The notes under the pieces were generated by a model. That model was not told the origin of the DNA. It saw only the letters and a list, made by a program, of their open reading frames with translations, and did no database searches. Source: an uncultured Candidatus Saccharibacteria bacterium (GTDB lineage Bacteria > Patescibacteriota > Minisyncoccia > GWC2-36-17 > CAYHJU01). Taken from it: DNA of 38,131 bases. Both the position numbers and the translations under genes were made by a program. The DNA lies in the NCBI GenBank assembly GCA_964357175.1, contig CAYHJU010000004.1, forward strand, positions 1 to 38,131, in the 5' to 3' direction. Of this stretch, positions 28,546-36,778 are shown in pieces (the stretch's first letter is position 1; every line of letters begins with the position of its first letter).

Positions 28546-29124
28546 ATGCAGGAAATTTTAGAAAAGATTTTTAGCTCACCCAGACATTTTAAAGAAGTGG
28601 TATTTTTTATTCGTAGCAAAACATCTGCCGATGTTGAGGCGTTAAAGAAATATTTAAAAAATTCATCTTCGCAAATTAAAAAGGATTTGGAAAGTTTAGT
28701 AAAACTCGGCGTCTTAAAAAAAGATGCGCGCACTCTAAAATATTCTGCCAACCAAGAATTTTTTCTTTACGAGGAATTGGAAAAGCTTTTTGAAAAAGAA
28801 TTTTTGTTGATTCAGAAAGATTTTGCTAAAATTTTAAATAAGTCGGGAAATATAAAATTGTTAATTTTAAGCGGGGAACTGGTAAAAGATTTATACGCGC
28901 CAACAGATATGATAGTGGTAGGGGATAGGCTGAAAGAAAAATATATAGAAAAAACAATTTCGGATCTGGAAAAAATTAATGGCAAGGAACTACGCTACAC
29001 TATTTTTGACACTAAAGAATTTCTATATCGTGTTCAGATGCGCGATGCGTTTATTAAGGAAATTTTGGGCCGCCCCAGAAATGTTTTGATAGACCACAAC
29101 GGATTTTTGGATAAGTTGATTTAA
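28546..29124 (+). CDS. Putative transcriptional regulator (wHTH plus nucleotidyltransferase-like fold)
   Basis: N-terminal helix-turn-helix pattern (KKDLESL..LGVL), C-terminal LSG...DMIVVGD...ELRYTIF..EF.YR. Confidence 0.6.
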   Translation: MQEILEKIFSSPRHFKEVVFFIRSKTSADVEALKKYLKNSSSQIKKDLESLVKLGVLKKDARTLKYSANQEFFLYEELEKLFEKEFLLIQKDFAKILNKSGNIKLLILSGELVKDLYAPTDMIVVGDRLKEKYIEKTISDLEKINGKELRYTIFDTKEFLYRVQMRDAFIKEILGRPRNVLIDHNGFLDKLI

Positions 29125-29164
29125 AAGAGGTCGCAGACCATAGATTTTTAAAAAGCGTGATTAA

Positions 29165-29238
29165 GGGCGTTTAGCTCAGCTGGTTAGAGCGTTGCATTCA
29201 CATTGCAAAGGCCGCTGGTTCGAATCCAGCAACGCCCA
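29165..29238 (+). tRNA. tRNA-Val (CAC)
   Basis: GGGCGTT/AACGCCC acceptor, TTGCA-TTCACAT-TGCAA anticodon arm, GGTTCGAATCC; CCA not encoded. Confidence 0.95.
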
Positions 29239-29426
29239 CATTAATGCAAGATCATGGACCTGCCTGCTGGCAGGTTCGAATCCTGTGGTGCAACTTTACA
29301 ATAAAGCTCGAACTTACTTATTTTATCAAAAATTCGTAAAAACTAAAAGCAAAATTTAATACTGCCAGCGTCGTCGGCGGCTACGGCGAGGAAAAGGGGT
29401 TAAAGGGTAAAGGGAATCGCCGTAGT

Positions 29427-29486
29427 CGCCTCCGCATTGCTCGGCCGCCTTCGTCGGCCTTGCTTCCCGCAAAATTTTTCGCGCCG
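29427..29486 (+). repeat. Left 60-bp arm of inverted repeat flanking the aminotransferase-ppcA module
   Basis: Exact reverse complement of 32603-32662. Confidence 0.92.
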
Positions 29487-29568
29487 TTTAAAAATTAGGA
29501 AAGGAAAAAGAAGAAAAAGTGTCGTTGCCCCACCCACCCGCGCGCCGACACACGCTCCCCAATAATTA

Positions 29569-31077
29569 CTAACCTAGACTTTTGCGCAATACTGCTAAAG
29601 TTTGTAAATGCTCTGCAAATGATTCGCCAGATTTTAATTTTTGATATAACTTCTTAACAATTTCGGTGTGTTTTATTTCCTCTTGTGTAACTGGCCCCAA
29701 CTTTTCTCCAAGATAACTTTCAACTTGGCGCACGTCCTCTAAGACCCCTTTCCATATTTCAGATTTTTGTGCCAGTTTCACTAATCCTTCTTTATACAAA
29801 AATCCGCCCGCACGCTTTAATTCTTTTCTTAAACCAACGTAATACTTCTCCAATAATGCTTCTTTTCCTATTTCTCTTACATATTTTATGCCTCTTCCGG
29901 TTCCAATGATTTCAGGCGGAATACCCAAAGAATATAAAGCACCTGTGAAGCCAATTGCCCTTGGTAGCTTTGCTTTTCCTACACTTCGCGAGTAACCAAA
30001 CAATCCAATGTGCTGGACTCGTTCTCTCCGTTTGGGTAATTGTGAAGCAACTTTGTTTATTAAAGGAGCGATCTCTTCAATCGTTTGTCGATAGAACGCT
30101 TCAAAAGTTGGAATAAGCCCCTTTAATTCTTTTTCTTCTAACAACGAGATAGAAGCAGGGCTTCCATAAGGAAGGGTTTCCTCTATTTTTTTAATTGACT
30201 CTAAAACCTTGATCTTCTCAAAATCGTAACGAAACGCACTTTGTAGTAGTGCTGTACGAATCCCCCGATACTCTAGGCAAAATTGTTCAACGGTTTCCGG
30301 CACTAGTCCCCCTCGAAAGGGTAAAGAGCCAGAGCCAATAATTGGATAAAGCCTTACGCCAGTTTTCTTTTCAAGTTCCGAATAGCGAGACAAAGCAATT
30401 TTTATTGCTAGTACTGTTGGAACCAAACCGGAATTCAGGGCAGGATCTGATCTGGCTAAATATGGACGAATATAATCAGGCGTGAAACCAAATTTTAGTT
30501 TATGAAGCCGAAGATACTTTTCCAGAATTCTATCGGAAGAAATGATAACGCCAACCTGCTCAAAAAGAGGGATTATTTTTATGTGCTTAAGATCTCCACT
30601 TTCGAGATTATAAAGACGATGTTTGAGTGAAGCCATCTCTTTGAATGCTTCTTGAATAGCAATCATTTCCTCGGCTGATTCTGTCATTGGCAGAATAACT
30701 TCAAACAGGGGTGGACTGTGAACGCCGACCCTCTTAGCTAAACCTGCAGCTCCAAAAATTCCCATGAAAGCTCTGCCCAGACGAAATTCAGTTTCCACCT
30801 TGGGGTTTGGGAGACGGAAAGTCAGAAACTTTTCTTTTCCCAATGGAAATTTTTTGAAATATTCAAAATGTTCGCTAAATAGTCGCTCAATTACTGACTC
30901 ATCAACAAGCTTTCCCTCCCAGTCCCATTTATACTCTGACGCTCCAAGTTCAGAAAAAGAGAGAAAACACTCATGAGCTTCCTGCTGGGTACTAATAAAT
31001 TCCTCACTATGCCAATAAGGTTTGCTGGCGTGATCAGGATGTTGAGAAACCATTGTGGCTGGTATTTTTCTAATCAT
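29569..31077 (-). CDS. ppcA: Archaeal-type phosphoenolpyruvate carboxylase
   Basis: IPATMVSQHPD, WDWEGK, LTFRLPNP, FEVILPMT, IIPLFE, LARSDPALNSG, GSLPFRGG, HIGLFGYSR, LPRAIGFT; 502 aa. Confidence 0.95.
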   Translation of the reverse strand: MIRKIPATMVSQHPDHASKPYWHSEEFISTQQEAHECFLSFSELGASEYKWDWEGKLVDESVIERLFSEHFEYFKKFPLGKEKFLTFRLPNPKVETEFRLGRAFMGIFGAAGLAKRVGVHSPPLFEVILPMTESAEEMIAIQEAFKEMASLKHRLYNLESGDLKHIKIIPLFEQVGVIISSDRILEKYLRLHKLKFGFTPDYIRPYLARSDPALNSGLVPTVLAIKIALSRYSELEKKTGVRLYPIIGSGSLPFRGGLVPETVEQFCLEYRGIRTALLQSAFRYDFEKIKVLESIKKIEETLPYGSPASISLLEEKELKGLIPTFEAFYRQTIEEIAPLINKVASQLPKRRERVQHIGLFGYSRSVGKAKLPRAIGFTGALYSLGIPPEIIGTGRGIKYVREIGKEALLEKYYVGLRKELKRAGGFLYKEGLVKLAQKSEIWKGVLEDVRQVESYLGEKLGPVTQEEIKHTEIVKKLYQKLKSGESFAEHLQTLAVLRKSLG

Positions 31078-32236
31078 ATTTTTTAATAAATCTACTAATT
31101 CGCTTTATTCCTTCTTTAACATGCTTCATAGACGCAGCAAAGCTAAGCCTAAAATAACCAGGACACATAAAAGCTTCTCCAGGAACTAGTGCGACTTTTT
31201 CCTCTTCAAGGAGTTTTTGGCACCATTCTTTTGAACTTCTAAATCGTCTGCCAAGGAGTTGTTTGATATCCACAAAAAAATAGAAAGCTCCGTCTGGTGA
31301 AACAAACGAAATTTCTTTTATTTTTGAAAGTTCTTTAATAAGATAGCCACGTCGCTTCTCAAGCTCTAATCTCATTAACTCAACCGACTCTTGAGAACCA
31401 GTGAGTGCCGCAAGCGCTGCCTTTTGAGAGATTGATGAAGTGTTTGATGTTGTTTGACTCTGTAACGAAACCATTGCTTCAATAATCTCTTTTGGCCCAG
31501 CGGCATAACCTATTCGCCATCCAGTCATTGCGTAGCTCTTGGAAAATCCATTTATGGTGACTGTTAATTGCTTGATCTTTTTACCCAAGGACGCAATTGA
31601 ATGGTGCTTTTTCCCAAAAGTAATTTTCTCGTAGATTTCATCGGAAATCACAAAGATACTTTTCTCAACCGCTAATTTTGCTATCCTTATCAGTTGTTTT
31701 TTTTCTATCACTGCCCCTGTTGGGTTAGATGGACTGTTTAGAAGAATCACTTTTGTTTTTGGAGTGATTCTTTTTTCTAAATCCTCGGCGGTAAGTCTAA
31801 AAGGTGATTCAATGGAAATGAGAACAGGAGTGGCACCGCTTAATTTTATTTGTTCTATGTATGTGCTCCATGTTGGAATAGGAATTATAACTTCATCTCC
31901 TTCTTCACATAAAACTTGGAAGGCGTGGTAAAGAAGCTGTTTGGTTCCTACTCCAACTACTATTTCTGATGGATGGCAGGAAACCCCATTCTCTTCTAAT
32001 AGTTTTTTACAAATAGCTTCTCTAAGTTCGGGAATACCTGCTGTTATAGTATAATGAGTGAATCCCGCTTTTATGGCAGCGATGGCAACTCTACGGATAT
32101 GCCAAGGAGTAATAAAATCTGGTTCACCAAGACCAAGATTAACCACAAGAACACCTTCGGCCTGAAGCTGCCTCACTTTAGCGTCTAAGCCCAAAGTTGG
32201 CGATTGTTTTAATTGTTGAATGTGTTTAGAAATCAT
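31070..32236 (-). CDS. aspC: Aspartate aminotransferase (class I/II PLP enzyme)
   Basis: GEPDF.TP, NSPSNPTG, SDEIY, NGFSKSYAMTGWRIG, RLSFA; ATG at 32236 preferred because 32272 lies in the terminator. Confidence 0.88.
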   Translation of the reverse strand: MISKHIQQLKQSPTLGLDAKVRQLQAEGVLVVNLGLGEPDFITPWHIRRVAIAAIKAGFTHYTITAGIPELREAICKKLLEENGVSCHPSEIVVGVGTKQLLYHAFQVLCEEGDEVIIPIPTWSTYIEQIKLSGATPVLISIESPFRLTAEDLEKRITPKTKVILLNSPSNPTGAVIEKKQLIRIAKLAVEKSIFVISDEIYEKITFGKKHHSIASLGKKIKQLTVTINGFSKSYAMTGWRIGYAAGPKEIIEAMVSLQSQTTSNTSSISQKAALAALTGSQESVELMRLELEKRRGYLIKELSKIKEISFVSPDGAFYFFVDIKQLLGRRFRSSKEWCQKLLEEEKVALVPGEAFMCPGYFRLSFAASMKHVKEGIKRISRFIKKYD

Positions 32237-32254
32237 AATAGTCAATTTAGGCAA

Positions 32255-32489
32255 CAAAAACTTCGTCTCCATCCATTAATTTCTTTTGGGTAGACAGAGA
32301 CGAGGTTTCTCGCGGCGCCGCTCTGTTTTCTTAGTTTCTTAGTTAGTTGCCCAACTAAGCTTTGTCAGTGCTACGAACACTTCGACACACTGTTGTTCTA
32401 TAATGGGAACTCCCGGCAAAGTTCTACTAATCTCTCTTTTGAGATTTTCTTTCTGCAACTCCGGAGTGTCAACTCCACCAACGCCTTTG
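32255..32489 (-). ncRNA. T-box riboswitch, probable Asp (GAC) specifier, ultrashort stem I
   Basis: GGAGT-TGAC-ACTCC hairpin; stem II with AGTA/GAA; GTTC-CCATTATA-GAAC; antiterminator CAGAG-CGGCGCC-GCG...CGTCTCTG; terminator with U-tract; TATAAT at 32501-32496. Confidence 0.78.
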
Positions 32490-32602
32490 ATTTAAATTAT
32501 AGTTCTATTTTATCACAGAATCTTACATTGTCAGCTTTTGGGAGTAATCCGACACGCGCGGATGGATGGGCCAAGCGTGTTTCCTTTTTGTTTTTTTATT
32601 TC

Positions 32603-32662
32603 CGGCGCGAAAAATTTTGCGGGAAGCAAGGCCGACGAAGGCGGCCGAGCAATGCGGAGGCG
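32603..32662 (-). repeat. Right 60-bp arm of the inverted repeat
   Basis: Exact reverse complement of 29427-29486. Confidence 0.92.
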
Positions 32663-33000
32663 TTTTTTCTTTTGATTCTGGTACAATTATTTGATGAAAT
32701 CCGAACCTTTTTTGAACGGAATTGATGGCACGCTTCCCGCCTGCACCGAAGGCAACCCTTTGAGTCCGGCAGACAGAAAAGTTATTCACATCTGATGAAT
32801 ATAACACCAAAGTGGTAGATATCGAATTGTGGATAAAGTGTTAAAAGTAGATTAGAAGTATTAAATACTAAATAATAAACGAATTGTCAAATAACCAAAA
32901 AACGGCTTAAATAAGCCGTTTTTTGGTTAATGTGGCAATATGCGCGGTCGACTTTTTGCATCGGTGTCTACTGGACTTACTCTATTGATTGGTGCTATGA

Positions 33001-33048
33001 AGTGGTGTAAAATGGTAAGTAGATGGCAGAAAGTGGGAAAAAGTGTTA
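33001..33048 (+). promoter_or_regulatory. Probable MraZ-binding repeats
   Basis: GTGGTG/ATGGTA/ATGGCA/GTGGGA/GTGTTA units at 10-11-bp spacing upstream of mraZ. Confidence 0.7.
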
Positions 33049-33110
33049 ACAACTAACCATTATTGTTTATAACCAATAAATATCCTAGGTTTTATCAGCG
33101 TTTATAAATT

Positions 33111-33542
33111 ATGTTAATCGGCCAATACTCACACACATTAGATGACAAAAAGCGGCTCATGATGCCCGCCAAAATTCGCAGATCTTTGGGGGAGGAGATT
33201 GTCATCACGAAAGGATTAGACAATTGTCTTTTTGTGTATCCTTTGATCGAGTGGCAAAAATTAGCTGATAAGTTGGCAAAGCTTCCCATCTCACAAGGCA
33301 ACGCAAGAAGTTTTGCGCGTTTGATTTTAGCTGGAGCGTCGGAAGCAGAAATAGATTCTTTGGGGAGAATTCTTATTCCGGACTATCTAAGAGAATATGC
33401 TCATTTAAATAAAGAGATTGTGATAGTCGGTGTTTATAATCGTTTAGAAGTTTGGGACAAAAGTTCGTGGGAAGAGTATAGAAAAAATTCTGAAGACTCC
33501 AGCAATGACCTGGCGGAAAAATTAGGGGAATTGGGAATTTAA
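33111..33542 (+). CDS. mraZ: Transcriptional regulator MraZ
   Basis: GQYSHTLDDKKRL.MPAK.R, TKGLDNCL, DSLGRILIP, RLEVW. Confidence 0.98.
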   Translation: MLIGQYSHTLDDKKRLMMPAKIRRSLGEEIVITKGLDNCLFVYPLIEWQKLADKLAKLPISQGNARSFARLILAGASEAEIDSLGRILIPDYLREYAHLNKEIVIVGVYNRLEVWDKSSWEEYRKNSEDSSNDLAEKLGELGI

Positions 33543-33544
33543 AA

Positions 33545-34507
33545 ATGCCAGAAGAAGAAAAAATTTACCCCTTTGTTCAGGGTGGCGGGGTTCACGAGAG
33601 CGTTTTGACAGAAGAAGTTTTACAACTGTCTGGCGCAAAAGAAAACTCTGAAGCCATAGACGCGACATTGGATGGGGGAGGGCATGCACAGGAAATTTTA
33701 AAAATAATCTCGCCCCATGGAAAATTACTTGGCATTGAGAAAGACCCAGAAATGGTAGAAGTGGCAAAAAAAAGGTTGAGCAGTTTTAAAAATATAAAAA
33801 TAGTGCAGGGATCATTTGGAGATATTGAAGAGCTGGCTAAAGAAAATGGATTTTTGTCGCCAGATATTATTTTTTTCGATTTAGGTGTCTCATCGCATCA
33901 CTTTGATAAAAGCACAAGAGGATTTTCCTTCCGTCGCGATGAAGATCTTGATATGCGGCTGGACCCCGGACAATCGCTTACGGCTAAAGAGATTATAAAT
34001 AATTATTCGGAAGAGGAGATAGAAAAGATATTTAAAAATTTTGGTGAGTTGAGGTTTTCGTACAAAATAGCGTCTGCCATAGTAAAACACAGGAGGCAGC
34101 ATGAAATAGCCAGCACTAAACAGCTTGCCGATGTGATAGGAGCCGTTTCGCCGCTTTTTAACAAGCCAGGATATATGGCCAAAGCGTTCCAGGCGTTGAG
34201 AATCGCAGTCAATAGCGAGCTAGACGTTCTCTCAAGTGCTTTGCCTAAGGCTTTGAAAATTTTAAAAGGGGAGGGGCGGATATTGGTGATAAGCTTTCAT
34301 TCACTGGAAGACAGAATAGTAAAGAATTTTTTTAGAAATGAGGCGTCGCTGGGCCATTTAAAAATTATCACCAAAAAACCAATTGTGCCCAGCAGAAATG
34401 AAGTAATAAAAAATAAAAGGTCGCGTAGCGCAAAATTAAGAGCAGGTATAAAAATTTTCACCCCGCTAAATAATCCCGCAAAGCGGGATTGCCCAGAGGG
34501 CATTTAA
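33545..34507 (+). CDS. rsmH: 16S rRNA m4C1402 methyltransferase
   Basis: HESVL, DATLDGGGH, DLGVSS, RGFSF, LDMR, FQALRIAVN.EL, ISFHSLEDRIVK, RSRSAKLR. Confidence 0.97.
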   Translation: MPEEEKIYPFVQGGGVHESVLTEEVLQLSGAKENSEAIDATLDGGGHAQEILKIISPHGKLLGIEKDPEMVEVAKKRLSSFKNIKIVQGSFGDIEELAKENGFLSPDIIFFDLGVSSHHFDKSTRGFSFRRDEDLDMRLDPGQSLTAKEIINNYSEEEIEKIFKNFGELRFSYKIASAIVKHRRQHEIASTKQLADVIGAVSPLFNKPGYMAKAFQALRIAVNSELDVLSSALPKALKILKGEGRILVISFHSLEDRIVKNFFRNEASLGHLKIITKKPIVPSRNEVIKNKRSRSAKLRAGIKIFTPLNNPAKRDCPEGI

Positions 34508-34516
34508 CAGGGTAAA
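34457..34516 (+). mobile_element. 60-bp MITE-like element overlapping the rsmH 3' end
   Basis: Matches the reverse complement of 26535-26594; supplies the last residues and stop of rsmH. Confidence 0.8.
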
Positions 34517-34526
34517 TAAAAAAAAC

Positions 34527-34892
34527 ATGTCTCCTTATACTAGGAATTTACAGAAAAAAAATCAGAGTTTAGTGAGCGCGCTAAGCTTGAATAATATGAA
34601 TGAAGCAAAATTTTGGATGATATGCTCAATCTTTGTCGCGGCAGTTTTGGGTATATCGTTTTTGATTGTGGTTTCGCACGTTACGACACTCGGCAAAGAC
34701 ATCAATGTCATGAATAGTGGTTTAAAAGAGGCCCAACAAAAATTGCTTGTTTTAAGAATGGGTTTGGCCAATAATCAAATTGATTATGCTCTGCGCGGTT
34801 TTGCCGCAGATAATAAAATGGTCGCTTCAAACAAATTTGAATACACTTCACGAGCTAGCACCGCATTGGGTATAAATCTATTGCCAAACTAA
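34527..34892 (+). CDS. FtsL-like bitopic membrane protein
   Basis: Single TM plus coiled coil, positioned between rsmH and ftsI. Confidence 0.6.
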   Translation: MSPYTRNLQKKNQSLVSALSLNNMNEAKFWMICSIFVAAVLGISFLIVVSHVTTLGKDINVMNSGLKEAQQKLLVLRMGLANNQIDYALRGFAADNKMVASNKFEYTSRASTALGINLLPN

Positions 34893-34998
34893 AAATTTAG
34901 CCATCCTTAGACAAGCCCTTCGGCAGTGAGCTCAGGGCCGAACTGCTCGAGATTTTAAGTAGTAAATTTGTGGAGCTGTTTTCAGTTAAGAGGGAATT

Positions 34999-36765
34999 AT
35001 GTCCAATAAAACTTATGACAAAACTATAGAATTTCGGATCAAGCTTTATTTTATTATTATTTTATGTGGAGCGACCTTAGTTTTAGGCCGCTATTTTTAT
35101 TTACAAGTAATAAATCATCAAGAATTGTTAGCAAGCGCCAATGCTGAACATGCTTTTGATAAAATACTAAAGCCACAAAGAGGAGAAATTTTTATTAAGG
35201 ATAAGTCTGGGGAAAAATATGCTGTGGCCATAAACAAACAACTATTTACTCTGTATGCCATCCCAGCACAAGTGGAAGACAAAGAGGTCGCGGCTAAATT
35301 TTTAGCAGATATTTTAAAAATTGATCAAGAAAAATTGTACAACAAATTAAACTCTAACTCTAAGGCGGCGTATTTGGTGGCTAAAAACATAAGCGTTGAG
35401 ACTATGGGCGCTATTTTAAATAAAAAAATTGAGGGTACATATAATGAAGAAAATGACTTTAGAGAATATCCTTTGAAAAATATTTTATCCCAAACCTTGG
35501 GATTTGTTGGTTTTGATGAAAATAGCAACAGAGTTGGGCGTTATGGTTTGGAAAAATATTACAATGATATTTTAGAGGGCCGTGAAGGAAAGTTTATAGG
35601 AGAAAAAACAAATGAAGGAACGTGGTTGCCTTTTGGAAAACAGGAAATAGACGCGGCTCAGGATGGCGCCGATTTAACGCTGACCATTGATTATTCAATA
35701 CAAATAAAATCCCAACAGGTTCTTGAAGAAACAATTAAAAAATGGAACGCAGAAAGCGGGGTAGTGATAGTGATGGATCCCAAAGATGGCAAAATCTTAG
35801 CCTTGGCCGGCTCTCCTGGTTATGATCCAAATAATTTTGGCCAGACAAAAGATTTCAGTTTGTTTTTAAATGGAGCCACGCAGATTGGATTTGAGCCGGG
35901 CTCTATCTTCAAGCCATTTACTATGGCGATGGGACTGGACTTGGGGCTTGTGACTCCCAGTACTCAATATGAGGACACGGGGTCTCTAAAATTTGGAGGA
36001 TATACTATAAAAAACTATGACGGCAAGGCGCATGGAGTGCAAACTATGACAGAGGTTCTGGAAAAATCATTAAACACAGGGGCGGTTTTTGTTCAGCAAA
36101 AAGTGGGGATGGATAATTTTTTGAAATACACCTCAATTTTTAAATTGGATGAAAAAACGGGGATTGATACGCTGGAAACAAATGGATCTTTGGCCAACCT
36201 CAACGATCGCCGTGATATTAATTTTGCTACCGCTTCTTTTGGTCAGGGCGTGAGATTGACGCCGATGGAAATTGTCAGGGCTTTCAGCGCTGTCGCCAAC
36301 GGAGGATTTTTAATTCAACCTCATCTGCTTAGCACCATAAAACATTCTAGCGGTATGGAAGAAAAAGCGACTTGGCCAAAACCTCAGAGGATTCTAAAAG
36401 AAAGTACAGCTCAGAATTTATCCGCCATGCTTGTCAATGTGGTTGAACACGGATTTGATAAAGCCAAAATAGAAGGATATTCTATAGCTGGAAAGACAGG
36501 TACGGCCCAAATACCAAATCCTAATGGCGGAGGTTATTTGCCACCGGACCAGATGATCCATTCATTTGTCGGTTTTGCTCCGGCTTACGATCCTAAGTTT
36601 TTAATTTTAATGAAAATAGTAAGGCCCAAAGGTATAAACTTTGCATCAAATTCTTTGACGCCATATTTTAGAGAATTAACAAACTTTATCTTACAATATA
36701 TGCAAATTCCTCCCGATAGGCCCATAGCGTCACCATCTCCTTCTTTAACTAATATAAATTTATAG
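34999..36765 (+). CDS. ftsI: Class B penicillin-binding protein (FtsI/PBP3-like)
   Basis: RGEI.., REYP, GLEKYY, LTID, EPGSIFK (SxxK), SLN (SxN), GKTGTAQ. Confidence 0.92.
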   Translation: MSNKTYDKTIEFRIKLYFIIILCGATLVLGRYFYLQVINHQELLASANAEHAFDKILKPQRGEIFIKDKSGEKYAVAINKQLFTLYAIPAQVEDKEVAAKFLADILKIDQEKLYNKLNSNSKAAYLVAKNISVETMGAILNKKIEGTYNEENDFREYPLKNILSQTLGFVGFDENSNRVGRYGLEKYYNDILEGREGKFIGEKTNEGTWLPFGKQEIDAAQDGADLTLTIDYSIQIKSQQVLEETIKKWNAESGVVIVMDPKDGKILALAGSPGYDPNNFGQTKDFSLFLNGATQIGFEPGSIFKPFTMAMGLDLGLVTPSTQYEDTGSLKFGGYTIKNYDGKAHGVQTMTEVLEKSLNTGAVFVQQKVGMDNFLKYTSIFKLDEKTGIDTLETNGSLANLNDRRDINFATASFGQGVRLTPMEIVRAFSAVANGGFLIQPHLLSTIKHSSGMEEKATWPKPQRILKESTAQNLSAMLVNVVEHGFDKAKIEGYSIAGKTGTAQIPNPNGGGYLPPDQMIHSFVGFAPAYDPKFLILMKIVRPKGINFASNSLTPYFRELTNFILQYMQIPPDRPIASPSPSLTNINL

Positions 36766-36778
36766 TTTTTAATTAAAT

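Noticed and set aside
29251-29293. Second tRNA after tRNA-Val
   Set aside because: Only a T-arm-like GCAGGTTCGAATCCTGT is present, with no D arm, anticodon arm or acceptor pairing. Treated as a remnant.
32255-32489. Lysine or other metabolite riboswitch upstream of aspC
   Set aside because: The order of stem II, IIA/B, antiterminator and terminator plus an Asp codon fits a T-box better; lysine riboswitch core motifs were not found.
32393-32810. ORFs 32393-32725 (+) and 32523-32810 (-) as real genes
   Set aside because: They cross the T-box and the inverted-repeat arm and have low-complexity translations. Only the last 17 codons of the plus ORF look meaningful and are reported separately.
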